DNA of 64,000 nt from Piromyces finnis finn. Its lineage: Eukaryota; Fungi; Neocallimastigomycota. Positions 25,401 through 38,200 of the stretch are shown here, piece after piece. The position numbers were made by a program, and so were the translations under genes. The stretch lies in assembly GCA_002104945.1 (NCBI GenBank), contig MCFH01000028.1, forward strand, positions 496,001 to 560,000, written 5' to 3'. Below the pieces are notes generated by a model, which saw only the letters and a program-made list of their open reading frames with translations, had not been told where the DNA came from and ran no database searches. The stretch's first letter is position 1. Each line of letters starts with the position of its first letter.

Positions 25401-28400
25401 TAAGGTTAAATGCCATTTCATGAGTACTGAAAGTGTGAACACCAAACATTTCAATACCTTCAGCAACAAGGTTATTGCTGTTCATTAAACCTGTACCTCT
25501 AGTCCAACCAATTACAGCACCGACGATAGTAAGGTAACCTCCCCATCCTTCAGAATGCCATCTGTTGAAGAGAGTTTCAAGAGCAATCTTGGATTCAGAG
25601 TAAAGACCATCACCACCAAAAGTACCATGATTTGGAGACATTGGTAAAATACATTGAGCTGGACGAGTGTCATACTTGTGAGCTTCCTTTTCACTAACAA
25701 TCTTACCTAACATTCTTAATAAGTTAGTAAGCATAATTCTGTGAGCTAATTCACTTCTACTATCAATGTTTTCTAAGGTTCTGCCATTTTCAGAGATAGC
25801 AGCAAATGGAATAACATAATCAAGATCCCAACCCAAACCATTCTTTGGATCCTTGGAGTAAATGTATTCAATTAATCTATTAACATCTTCAGTAGAAGCA
25901 GCATTGAATGGAACTACAATTAAGCATGAACCCTTAGAACCATGGTCTTCATAAAGTTGACGATAATATTGCATAGTAACCTTACTGAATCTTGAAGTGG
26001 TAGCAATAATTTTAGCACCACCATTTAATAATCCCTTAATAATTTGAGAACCAATAGAGTTACGACCACAACCAGTAACTAAAACATATTTGTTCTTAAA
26101 GGTGATACCATCATTAGCCATATTGTAAAGAGATTTGTAATAAACCTTAGTAGCCTTTTCATCGTATTCACCTGTCTTTGTATCCTTAAGGAAAAGGAAT
26201 GGAACCTTCTTTGACTTTACTCTAGTCTTATTGTTACCACCAGCAAAGCGAATAGAACGGTTAGAATGCTTAGTTGGGATTCTAGTAATTCTACTACCTC
26301 CTTGCATTAATTTAATATAAGATTCCATCTTGCTTACACCTGGACGTGGAACTTCACTATACTTAATTTCACCTTGTTCAGTAACAATAGTTTGTGGTTT
26401 CTTTGGAATTTCAACATCCTTGTAAACTGGATTTTCACTTATAGCTTCTGAACAATTTTCTCTAAGAATTTGAGCAAAATCTTTAGCTAATTCATAAGTT
26501 GAACCCTTCTTTGGATCAGTAGCATCAATCTTGTAATCATAAAGATCAAGAAGATGTTGATCAGCTCTGTTCATGACGTGAATACATTGGCTAGTAACCT
26601 TTCTATCGACAGCAGCTAATCTACCATATAAAATATCATAGTAAAGAATTAAAGATTCTTGATAGACCCAGTTCCAGTAGGAATCATATTTTCTAACCTT
26701 TAATGGATCAAAGATTGGCTTAATACCTTGAGCATAATCATCACCATGTTCATTGATCCAAACATCAAGTTCAGCACGAAGTTTAGCAGCATTACTTAAC
26801 TCTTCTTCATAAAGGTTGTATCCCTTACGTGGATCAATATCAAGATAGTTCATGAAAATGTCAAGTTGTTCTCTAATAAGTTGTTCATACTTAGAAGAAA
26901 CTTCAGCAAGAGCACCAGAGCTAACGGCAGCCATTGGAACACTAACGGCAGCACCTGCAGCTGGGGCAGCACCTGCAGAAACACCTACAAAACCGAAGTA
27001 ATTTGGAGCTATTTTATCTAACCAGGCCTTAGCTTCATCTTCACTACCGAAACGAGAGGCTGGTTCATCAGTTAAACCGAATAAAAGTAAGGCATCTGTT
27101 CTCTTTGGACCTAAACCATACTTTTGAGAAAGATAATCATTAATCTTACCCTTGGTGAAACCAGCAGCCATCTTAGAACTAATAAGCTTATTAACTAAAG
27201 TTTGACTGTATTTACCCATTGGAATTGGACCAGAAGCAATTTGACCGGCTAATTCACTTAATGGTAATTCTTCAGACTTATCTGGAACTGCAGAACTTCC
27301 AAATTCCTTTTGTAAATCACCTAAAACTTCATTTTGAAGAGTAGACTTACCACCAACTAAATCCTTAATAGTGGCAGACATTGGAACTTCTTGAGCAGAT
27401 TTCTTTAACTTTTGAGCAATAAGAATGTTAATTAAATGCTTAGCTTGAATATCTTCATCAGCAACACTAGCGGCACCAGCTGAAGCAACTGGAGCAGCAG
27501 CCATGGCCATGGCCATTGGAGCGGCGGCAGCTGGAGCACCAGCAGAAAGACTAACACCAGCAAAGCCAGAGTACATGGAAGCAGTTTTATCTAACCAAGC
27601 CTTAGCTTCATCTTCACTACCGAAACGAGAAGCTGGTTCGTTGGTTAAACCGAATAAAAGTAAAGCATCAGAACGCTTTGGACCTAAACCATACTTTTGA
27701 GAAAGATAAGCATTGATCTTACCCTTGGTGAAACCAGCAGCCATCTTAGAACCAATAAGTTTGTTAACTAAAGTTTGACTGTATTTACCCATAGCAATAG
27801 AACCAGAACCAATTTGACCGGCTAATTCACTTAATGGTAATTCTTCAGACTTATCTGGAACTGCAGAACTTCCAAATTCCTTTTGTAAATCACCTAAAAC
27901 TTCATTTTGAAGAGTAGACTTACCACCAACTAAATCCTTAATAGTGGCAGACATTGGAACTTCTTGGACAGATTTCTTTAACTTTTGGGCAATAAGAATA
28001 TGAATTAAATGTTTAACTTGAATATCTTCATCAGCGACAGCAGCAGCTGGGGCAGCTGGGGCAGCAACTGGAACTGGAGCGGCAACTGGAGCTGGGGCTG
28101 GGGCTGGGGCAGCAGCTGGAGCAGATTTTGGAGCTTCTTCAACCTTTTCTGGTTCATCTTCATCTTCAAAGTCATAGAAGATTTCCTTATAGTTCTTAGA
28201 GTAAGAAAGAATTTCACGACGGTAACTAGTAGCATCATCATAATATTCATACTTGAACTTTAATGTCTTTTGAGCCATACCAGAAAGAGTTGGACCTGGA
28301 CCAATTTCAATTAAACGTTCAACACCAATATCAACGAATAATCTATCTTGAGTTTCAATCCAACGAACAGCACTTGCAAATTGGTAAGCTAATAATTCAA

Positions 28401-31400
28401 TTAAAAGAATGTAACCTAACTTTTGTTGAAGAAGTGGGGAAGCATACTTATCATCAGTCCATCCCTTTAAAACATTCTTAATACGAGTAGAGTTAGTCTT
28501 TGCATAAATGTTTTCAATAAACTTCTTTTCAAGAGAGAATGGTTCAGCAGTTAAGTTTGGAATATAATTACCAATTAAACGGTTAACATCAATTAATTTT
28601 GGATCAAACTTACTCATTAAGTATTGACGGAATGGAGCAACACCTCTTAATAAGAAACTAGAGTGGAATGGTACATCAATACCACGTAATGGAATTGAAG
28701 CAGCACCACGTTCTAATTTAATAAATCCGTGCTTCTTCTTTTGATCCTTTGCCTTTACATAGGCATTGTTAATAATTTCATTAACTTGCTTTTGAAGTTC
28801 TTCTTCAGAAAGAGTCTTTAATAATACAGTTAAATCAATCTTTTCAAACTTTAAGTAGTTTAAGACAAGAGTAAGTACTTGTAAGGAAATAAGATCACCA
28901 GAAACAACATATTGCCAGTTATCAACGTTATAGTTTACAATTTCAATTAAACCATTAGTAACCTTTTTAATACTAGCGACAAGATATTGAAGAGCACTTT
29001 CATTAAAAGTACTACCAACACGAACTGGGTTGACAGCGCACATAGCATAGTCAGAACGTCCCTTAGAATCACGTTGGACAGCTCTTTGCATAGTCATACC
29101 ACGATAGAAGACAACATCAACTAAAGTTTCAATACTTAAAACATCACCAATAGCTGTTAAAGCGGCATATTCACCTAAACTGTGACCAGCAAAAGCACTG
29201 TTTTGTTGAATGTAACCACGGGATCTCATTTCTTCAAAGGCAGCCTTTTCCATCAATACAAGAGATGGTTGAGTGAATTGAGTAGCTGATAATAAACCAC
29301 CAATATGACGGAAAGTGTAAGAAACACTATCATCATCAATTTCTGGGAAAAGTGAGAGACTTTCAACAACACCTTCATTATTAACATGTTCATAAGTCAT
29401 TTGTTGATAATTTTTACGAATTTGTTGACCCTTTACATTTCCAAAGTAAATAGTGATTTCAGTTGGATTGTTCTTAACAATATCAATAATAGAGAAACCG
29501 TAGTTTTCCATTAAATGCTTATCAGCACGATCCCAAATTTCTCTAGCAACTGGGGATTTTTCATATAAGTCCATACCCATACCAACTTCTTGAGCACCTT
29601 GACCAGTGAAGACATAAGCAGTAATTGGTTGTTCAACTTCAGCAGTACCTTCAAGAATAACTTGTCCATTTTGATTAATAGTTTTACATTTAATAATCTT
29701 CTTACCATTAGCCATACCAGTATGGTAAAGTTTAGTTTCTAAACGATCACCTGGGAAAACCATATCTAAGAAATTAACTTCATAAGAAGTAACACGTTGT
29801 GGATGATTTTCAGCAGCAAATGTTTCAACAAACTTACGAGTAGAGGCACTAGTCCACATACCATGAGTAATATTACCAGGAAGATCAGCTAATTGAGCAA
29901 AGTATGGATTAGTGTGGATTGGGTTAACATCACCTGATACACGAGAGTATCCAAGGTTAGAGGAGTGAGTATTAACAACACTAGAAATACCTTTACCCTT
30001 TGGCATAATACTATAACCACCATTTTCAAAGTAATCTGGAGTATCTTGAACCATACCATTTCTTTCCATAAAGTTAACAACTGGATTACCACAGGAACCA
30101 TCTGGTTCTTCATAAGAGTAATCAACCTTTGCAACATCAACATAAACCTTGGTAGATAATAACTTTTTAACAGTACCAACAGTTTTTACCTTGCTATAAA
30201 TATCATGAGTTTTGTATGTGTATTCACTATTTAATTCAAAGAGTAATTGATCACCTTCTTCTAATTTTTCTTCTTCAGTAGTCATCTTGAACCAATCAAG
30301 GGATTCAAGAATACGAACATCCTTCTTAGTTTTTAAAGTAACATGGTATGGTTTTTCTTCAACATTCTTAAAAGTAGATTCATAATCAGTGAAAACACCA
30401 CGGTAGAAGAATTTAGAAATAACTTCCATAAATGGCTTTTCATCACGCTTAAGAACACCCTTAACTTCAACAATCTTACCATTTTCATCATTAATAACAC
30501 TAATAATACGAGATTCAGTCTTAACAATATCACCTTCCTTTAAACCAGTAGCATTATCAATCATACGGAAACCGTTAGAAAGATGAACTAACTTTAATAA
30601 ATCAGCATTAATAAACTTTGGGAAAATGGCACGAATTATACTTTGCCAACCAACAACAATAGCGAAATCCATTGGAGCGTATAAAACCTTTTGACCACGG
30701 TCGGTGTAGGATTCAGCTTGGTTACCAATAATATTAACAAAATCAGTAATTTGTTGTCTAGTAATTGGTTCACTAACACTAATAAATGGTTCTTTTGGAT
30801 CATGGTTATAATCTTCTTCAAATGTATATTTACCATTTTCAAGACCAAACCATAAGTCATAGTAGAAACGCTTAATACGTTCATTTCTACCTTCCATTAT
30901 TTCATGGATTGGAGCGTATCCTTGTTCAGGTTTATATTGGAATAAGAGTGGAAGTTGAACAAGTTTAGTGTTTAATGAGTATTCACTCATTAAAACAGTA
31001 ATAACATTCTTATCATCGATTGTAATCTTAACAATTTCCTTACCACCTTGGTTAGTAAACATAGTAAGAGAGTTTATCTTATCATCAATGGTTCTAATTT
31101 CAACCATATGTTGTGGTTTTGGACGAAGAATACGTCTGACACAGTTATCTTGATAGTAACCATCGTCATCTTTAACAAAAATCTTTGAAGTTAAAAGAGC
31201 ATGTAACCAAGTGTAATATTGACCACCTAATAAATCAAACCAATCATTTTCATCTGGAAGATCTTCATTATTTTCAGCAGTAATTTCAAAGATAGTAGAA
31301 TAGATATTATCATTCTTAATACCCTTGATGGTAACGTTACGAATCTTTCTACGAACATCACGAATTTCAGCACCACCAAAGTAATCAACAATTGGAATAA

Positions 31401-34400
31401 CAGTATCACTGTTTTGATAGTAACGCATCTTTAATTCCTTAATGTGTTCTTGATTAATACTTTCAAGAATAGAACCAATTGGTTCATTGGCCTTAGTAGA
31501 ATGTCTAACAGCAACTGGACCTTGAAGAATACAAACACGACCTGGATCTTGACCAACAACAGCATCCAAGTGTTCAGATTGCCATAAACTATCCTTCTTA
31601 AACCAATATTTGAATGACTTGTCCATAATTGGAATATATGGTGGTGGCTTAATATCACGTCTACCACATATATTCAAGAAGTACATTAAATCATCACTGT
31701 TTAATAATTGAGCTCTAGCTTCTGGAACTCTTTCATCCATGAACTTTTCTAATAAACCGACTGGGTCTTCTTCTAATTGTTCATAAGATTGAAGGAAAGA
31801 AACAAAGTTCTTACCTTCAGAAGCCTTATAGAAACGTTCTTCAGTTCTATGGAAGAAATCACCATAAATCATTCTTAAGGAAACATCAATCCATTGACCA
31901 TTTGGATACATAAGTTCAAGCATACGACGTAAAACTTCGTAGTAGGTCATATCCTTAAGGTCAACAACCTTTTCTGGATCTTCAACATCGTATTTCTTTG
32001 GGAACCATACCTTTTGATAATCCTTGTTAAGACGTTTAACGATGTATTCCTTACGAGCAAGTAAGGCTGGTAATTGTTTTTCAGCTGGAAGATTGAAAAT
32101 AGTTTCATCTAATTCCTTCCATAATAAAACACCACGAGTTGCAACCTTATGAATTGGTTCACCTAATTCAGATTTAACAGTAACAATACCACCAGTTGAA
32201 CCCTTGTAAGTGTTTTCCCATTCCTTTTCATTTTCAATACCTTCAGAAGCAACTAATAATTTCTTAACTTCTTCACTAGTACCAGCTTCAGCAGCAACCA
32301 AGATTCTACTACCGAATAAAATACCATCAAATGGCATTGGTGGATATCCGAACTTACGAGCCCAGTCACCAGTTAAGTATGGAAGAGTACCTTCTGCATC
32401 ACCGAAACCACTACCAACAACAATAATGATATTTGGTTGACGACGAATAGCAGCATAGGTATCAATAATTGGTTGATGGAAATCTTCGAAAGAGTGGTGA
32501 CCACCAGCACGACCACCAGTCCATTGCATAATTATTGGCATATCTGGATTTTGTTTAGCAATAGCAATAACTTGTTGGATAGCAGAAACACTTCCTGGCT
32601 TAAAAGCAACATGTTTAATACCGCAAGCCTTTAAGTTAGCGAGAATTTCATTAGCAACATCAAGACTTGGAACACCAGCAGCAATACATAAACCTTCAAG
32701 TGGAATACCTTCCTTTCTCATTTCTTGAACAAGTGGGTATTGGAATCCCCATTGGAAAGCATTTAAGAACATAATATTCATAGTGATACCTTCACCAGAT
32801 GGAACCTTAGACATAATTTTCTTAATACGGTCACGAATCATTTGAGTGGAGTGTTGACCACCACCAGCTAATTCAATGTGGTATCCAGCGTTTATACAAG
32901 CACCGACAAGATTTTCATTAGCTGTAGTTGGAGTCATACCACCAACCATAAGTGGTGGTTTACCAATTAAACGACTGAAACGAGTTTCAACGTAAATCTT
33001 ACCATTACAAGAAGATTTAACTAACTTTGGAGCAAATAATTTTTCCCAGTTCATAGAATACTTAACTGAGGATGGATCTCTATTGAAAAGAGCATCCTTA
33101 CATAAAACTTCCTTTTCAGAAGTTTCTAAACTATTAGCAAGAATGACTTGAACACCAGTACCAATCTTATTTCTGTGAGTTAATAAACCAACACCAGCAC
33201 CAACAGGACCAAATTCTAAGATATGGGTAGCATTAGTAACAGAAGTAGCTTTTTCCCAATGAACTGGTAAAGTACAAATTTGCTTAATTAATTCATAAGT
33301 GAATTGTGGGTGACCTCTTAAATCTTCACCATTTTCAGTAGAATAAATTGGAATGGCTAATTCACCCTTACCAAGAATTAAATGATCACGTTCGACATCC
33401 TTCATAATAATATCATTAACATCCTTTAAGTAATCACAGTGGAATGGAACAGAAATTTGAAGAAAACGACTACTAAAACGAATTTTTCTTTGGCTGAATG
33501 GAATTCTATTTTGGTCAATATTTGATTGAGCCTTTAACTTACGGAGAGTAACATTTAAACCATATAAACTTTGTGGATGACCAGAACAAACAATACTACG
33601 TGGACCATTATATAATGAAATTTGAATTTTTCTATCTTCTGGAAGATGTTGGTTTGTAGCCTTAATGTGTTCAACAATTTTGCTAACTGGAAGATTAGCA
33701 AATGAAATCATTGGAGTTGGTTCACCTTCATCATTATTTAAGGAATCTTGAAGAATCTTTGGGTTAATGGTGGTTTCTGGGTAAGCCATTTGAGATCTAA
33801 CACCAATCCAGAATAATAAAGATAAAGCCTTTTCTGAATTTTCAATAAATTCTTCTTCTGTTCCTGAAGAAGAAACAACAACAGATGAAATAATACCTTG
33901 AGAATGACCAGTAGTACCTATTATTAAGATATAAAATAAAATTCAATTAGTTCAAAGTATTCAACTTAGAGCATTTATTACTAATCCTTTATTTTTCCAA
34001 TTTTTTCACAATTATTTTAATAAAAATAAATTAACTTACCAATAAAGCTTCTTCTCATTTCATCCGGAGTCTTTCCTAAAGACTTATATAATACAGTGTA
34101 ATGTAAAAGTTGGCAAAGTCCTACTAATGGTAAAGAAATTGGAGCATTGACTAAATATTTTTTATCTGGAAGGGTTTCTGGTTCTTCTAACCACTTTAAG
34201 ACATGTAAACCCTTTGGGAAGAATTGTAAAAGTTCTGGTTTAGAAGCTAATTCTTCTAAAATGCATGCCATTCTTTCTAAGTAAGACTTAACCATGGCTT
34301 CATATGTACTATAAATTTCATTAATTTCATCAAAATAGTCTTCACTACCTTGACCACCAAAAACAGCAAAGACAGAAGCCTTATGCTTAGCAACAGCTTG

Positions 34401-34982
34401 GAAAATAGCAGATTTTTTTGATCTGTTAGATTCCTTTTCAATAAAAGCAGATTCAATAGTATTATTGTTAGTATTGGCGGAAACTAAAAGATCGAGAATC
34501 TTGTAGTAGGTTTGAATAGCATGAAGTCTTAACTTCTTTGGGTAAGAAGCAGTGGTGACATGAATATTGTTGACCTTACAGTAGCGATTACAAAATTCAG
34601 AGAAAACACAAGTAATGAATTTAAGTAAACCTTGGGAATCTTCAGCACCAGCAGCAACAGATTCATATTCACTATATTGAGTAACAATTTCACCTTGAAC
34701 TTGACCTTGACCATAGGCATAAGCAGAAGAGAATTCTAAGAAATCAATAAAAAGTTCAATTTCTCTTTGTTCTTGCGGAATGCTAGTATCAGCAGTTGCT
34801 TGTAAAGGATTTTGACGCATGTGATATTGTTCACGTACTTCTTCAGCAACAGACCATTGGTCAAATGGAATATTGAAAGAAATTTCAGTAGCATTATCCT
34901 TTAAAATGAATAATCTTAATGAGACTGGATTAAGAGCATTTTTTAAACTGCTTTGACCAATTGGAGTAAGTGGGGTAACCAT
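22429..34982 (-). CDS. FAS1/FAS2: Single-chain fungal type I fatty acid synthase (beta+alpha fused), exons 34982-34040 and 33917-22429, about 4143 aa; AT-ER-DH-MPT-ACP-ACP-KR-KS-PPT
   Basis: AT GHSQG (just after the GT-AG intron); ER GRAGGHHS; DH SGDVNPIH/THGMWTS; MPT GQGAQ and GHSLGEY; ACP GGKSTLQNE twice; KR VTGCGRNSIG; KS TPVGACAT, HGTST, GHPKG; C-terminal PPT GIGVDVE...RWSAKEA. Confidence 0.98.
27014..28032 (-). repeat. Tandemly duplicated ACP domain (units about 28032-27587 and 27459-27014; period 573 nt)
   Basis: Two near-identical copies of DEDIQ.KHLI...EAKAWLDK separated by an Ala/Pro linker; Ppant Ser intact in both. Confidence 0.97.
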
Positions 34983-35259
34983 TTTAAAAATTAATTTAGT
35001 TAAATAAAAATTTGAATGTAGTATATTATGATTGTATTTAAATAGTCTTTAATATTATAAATATTCTATAAATATAATAAATTATATAAATACTATAATA
35101 AAGAAAAAGTTAGTTTTTTATTAATATTATATACTTAATATATTATACCCTTCAATAATGAATTTATAAAATAATATATATGCTTTATCAAAATTAAAAT
35201 AACAGTATTTTCATAATTGCCCTTAATATTTTTTTATTTTTTAATAAAAACATTTTGAT

Positions 35260-35278
35260 TCATGAAAAATCATGTGAT
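35260..35278. promoter_or_regulatory. Candidate E-box/ICRE-like site (TCATGA...ATCATGTGAT) about 290 bp upstream of the FAS ATG
   Basis: CATGTG at 35271-35276 resembles the bHLH site used at yeast FAS promoters; inference only. Confidence 0.3.
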
Positions 35279-38200
35279 TTATATAATATTTGTATTGTAT
35301 TGTATTGTATTAAAATAATACAATCTAAATAGCATAATACTTATTATTATAAAATATATACTTTTTTAAATTCTAATAGTTATTCATAATTTTTAGTTAT
35401 AACATTAATTTATGTATATGTCATTAAAATTTACAAATACAATTTTTTAATACTATTCACTGCCTTATATTAAATTTTTTGATTATAAAATATTATTGGT
35501 TATATCAATAAAACCTTTAACAAAAATTGGGATATGTATTATTTTACTAATAATAATATGTTTCAGCAAAAAATTATTATTTTATATTAACATATAAAAT
35601 CTTAATATATCCTATTTATTATATAAATATCATAAATTAAACACTAGTATAATATTTTTTCAATTAGTAATTAACTTTTTTCCTTCAATTAAAGCTATCT
35701 AATTTTCTATATAAAATTATTATATTGTAAATATCAATCTATTTTATTTGCCATCCAAAATATGAAGGGATAGTGAATTTTTTTTAAATTTTTTATTATT
35801 TTTATTATCCTTATACCTGTATTCTATTGTAAGAATGTATAAATATATTTTTAGCACCTAGAATAATTAAAAAATATAAAAATTTTAGTCATAAAATTTT
35901 CTATACAAATATATACGATTTTTTATTATATTTTTTTTCTTTTTGCTGTTTGTTTATATCATATTTTTTGGTAAATAATACGTTCTTCCAATGAACTATA
36001 TGCTATAATACAAATAAAACTTACAATTTTATTTATGTAAATATTTCTTAATAAAGATGGGTTATTATAAAAGTAAAAGTTTCAAAGAAATAAAAAAAAG
36101 TTGTAGTAGTAGTAGTAAAAAAATTTCTTCGAAAAAACTTTTAGAATATAATAATTATCAATTTAAAAAATATAAAATAATAGTTATTTTATTGTATATT
36201 AATAAGAAGATGAAAATAACAAAATTTTAAAAGTTATTATGACTTCTTAAATTGATTGATTATAAAAAATATAAAGATAGATTCTAAACAAATAAATAAC
36301 TGTAAAGTAATTTGAAGAGAGTAATAGTTATTTTATTTATTTAGTTGATTCTTCTTAATATTTTTATTTTTTTTTCTCTTGTTTATATAATTAATAAATA
36401 AAAATTTATTATTAATGATAATAAACTTTTATTATTTTTATTATAGAAATTGTGTTAAAAATAAATAAAAAGTAGTGTAAAAAAAAAAAAAGAAAAGAAA
36501 AAGAAAATAAATTTTATTTCTAGTTTTTAGTATTTCCTCCATTACATTTGATTCATTAATTTTTGGGAATATTTCTAAATATTCTTTTATTAATTGTTAT
36601 TAATAAATTCAATTTGATTTATTATTACATTTATCTCTTTAATGTAGTTAAATGTGTTTGATCTTGTAATTCAAGAATATATAGTAATATATATTAAATT
36701 ATTTGAAATAAATTTGATATATATTATTTATATTTACCCTAATATATTTTTTTAAATATTAATATTATTAAAAAAATATCAAAATTTTATTAATAATGGA
36801 TCATAAATTATTGAAAATGTTAATTATTTGTCGAATAATAAAAAAAACTGGATATAATATTAATAATAATGGATTATATATATTTAATACTACAAATCAT
36901 ATATTATAATATATTCGTTTTTTTAAAAGACTTTAATTAATTACTTATTAATTTATAAAAAATTAATCGAATCATATCAACATAAATACTTATTTCAAAA
37001 AAGTATTTTGTTTAATTAAATCAAATTTTTAAGTAAACAATATATATTAATATACTCTTTATATATACTATAAGTAAGTAATAAACTACTGAAAATTAAT
37101 TAATTATTTACTAAACCATATATTAAATATTACAAAATTATATAATAATAATCATAAAAAATACCAAATTAATGTATTAATAAATTAAGAAGATATTTAT
37201 TATTGCTTTTTTTTTTTAATTAAAAAAGAACATTGCCTTTGGGGTGAATCTTCCCAATTTAACTTTTCTATTTTTAAAGGGTTAAAAATAACATATAGCA
37301 AACATCCTCTATAAAAAAAAGAATTAAAGGTTAGTAATTAACTTGTATAGGATCTTGCGGCTTTCCTTGTTAAAACAACTTTATTACTTATTTTTATAGT
37401 TTAAATATAATTTTATAAAGTATTTGGATTTTAACTAGCTAGTAATTTTTTTTTCAATTGTAACATTTACATATGATTTATCATTCTAAAAGTTTTTTAA
37501 AACAATTGTTATTTTTTCGGTTGTATTAATTTGATAAATTTTATTTTATAAAGTATAATTAATACAAATAATGTTTAAGAATGAATAAAAAGATATTTAT
37601 AATAATAAATTCTTCATAAAAGTATAATTTAAACTCTATCCTTTAATATTGTTTAGCAACATTCACATAAATTTATTTAGATATTATATAGATTCTCAAT
37701 AATTATAACCTGTCATTTAATAAAAAATATATATATACATGTATAATGGCAAATTTTTATTGTTATAAAACACTTTAAAACTAACAAAAATCATTATTAT
37801 TATTTAAAGCTTTAAAGTGATTTTTGTTTAATTATTTTATCATAAAAGGTTATCTTATTTATATAAATTTTAAATAATCTAACCTATAAACAGTTTTTGT
37901 TTCTTTTTACACCATCATAAATATAGAATTACAATTACAAATAGTTCAATACATTTATTAAATATTTTATAATTATTTTTTTTTTTTTTTTTGGAAATTA
38001 CAAAAAAAAATAAATTATTGCTTTTTAATCCTTTTTTATATTATATTAATTATTTTCTTATATATTTTTAAACCAAAGATTTATAATTATAGATATTTTT
38101 TCTTGATATTTTTTTTGAGTTATTAACTATCATTATAGTAGCCGTTTTATTTATTATCAAAAAAAAAAAAATTTTTTTTTTGATAATTGTATTATATTTT

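Noticed and set aside
24486-34720. Many short alternative-frame and antisense ORFs overlapping FAS (likewise within the His/Pro gene and thiolase)
   Set aside because: By-products of biased codon usage and repeats in a long real CDS; no independent motifs.
36057-36230. 57-codon ORF MGYYKSKSFKEIKK...
   Set aside because: Short, compositionally like background, no recognisable motif.
37231-37400. Small GC-richer island with TTGGGG...TCCCAA hairpin (possible ncRNA)
   Set aside because: Stem of only 5-6 bp; no Sm site, C/D or H/ACA boxes, or Pol III signals found.
38153-38187. ATTATC-A13-T10-GATAAT palindrome
   Set aside because: Mostly adjacent homopolymers, which are common in this genome.
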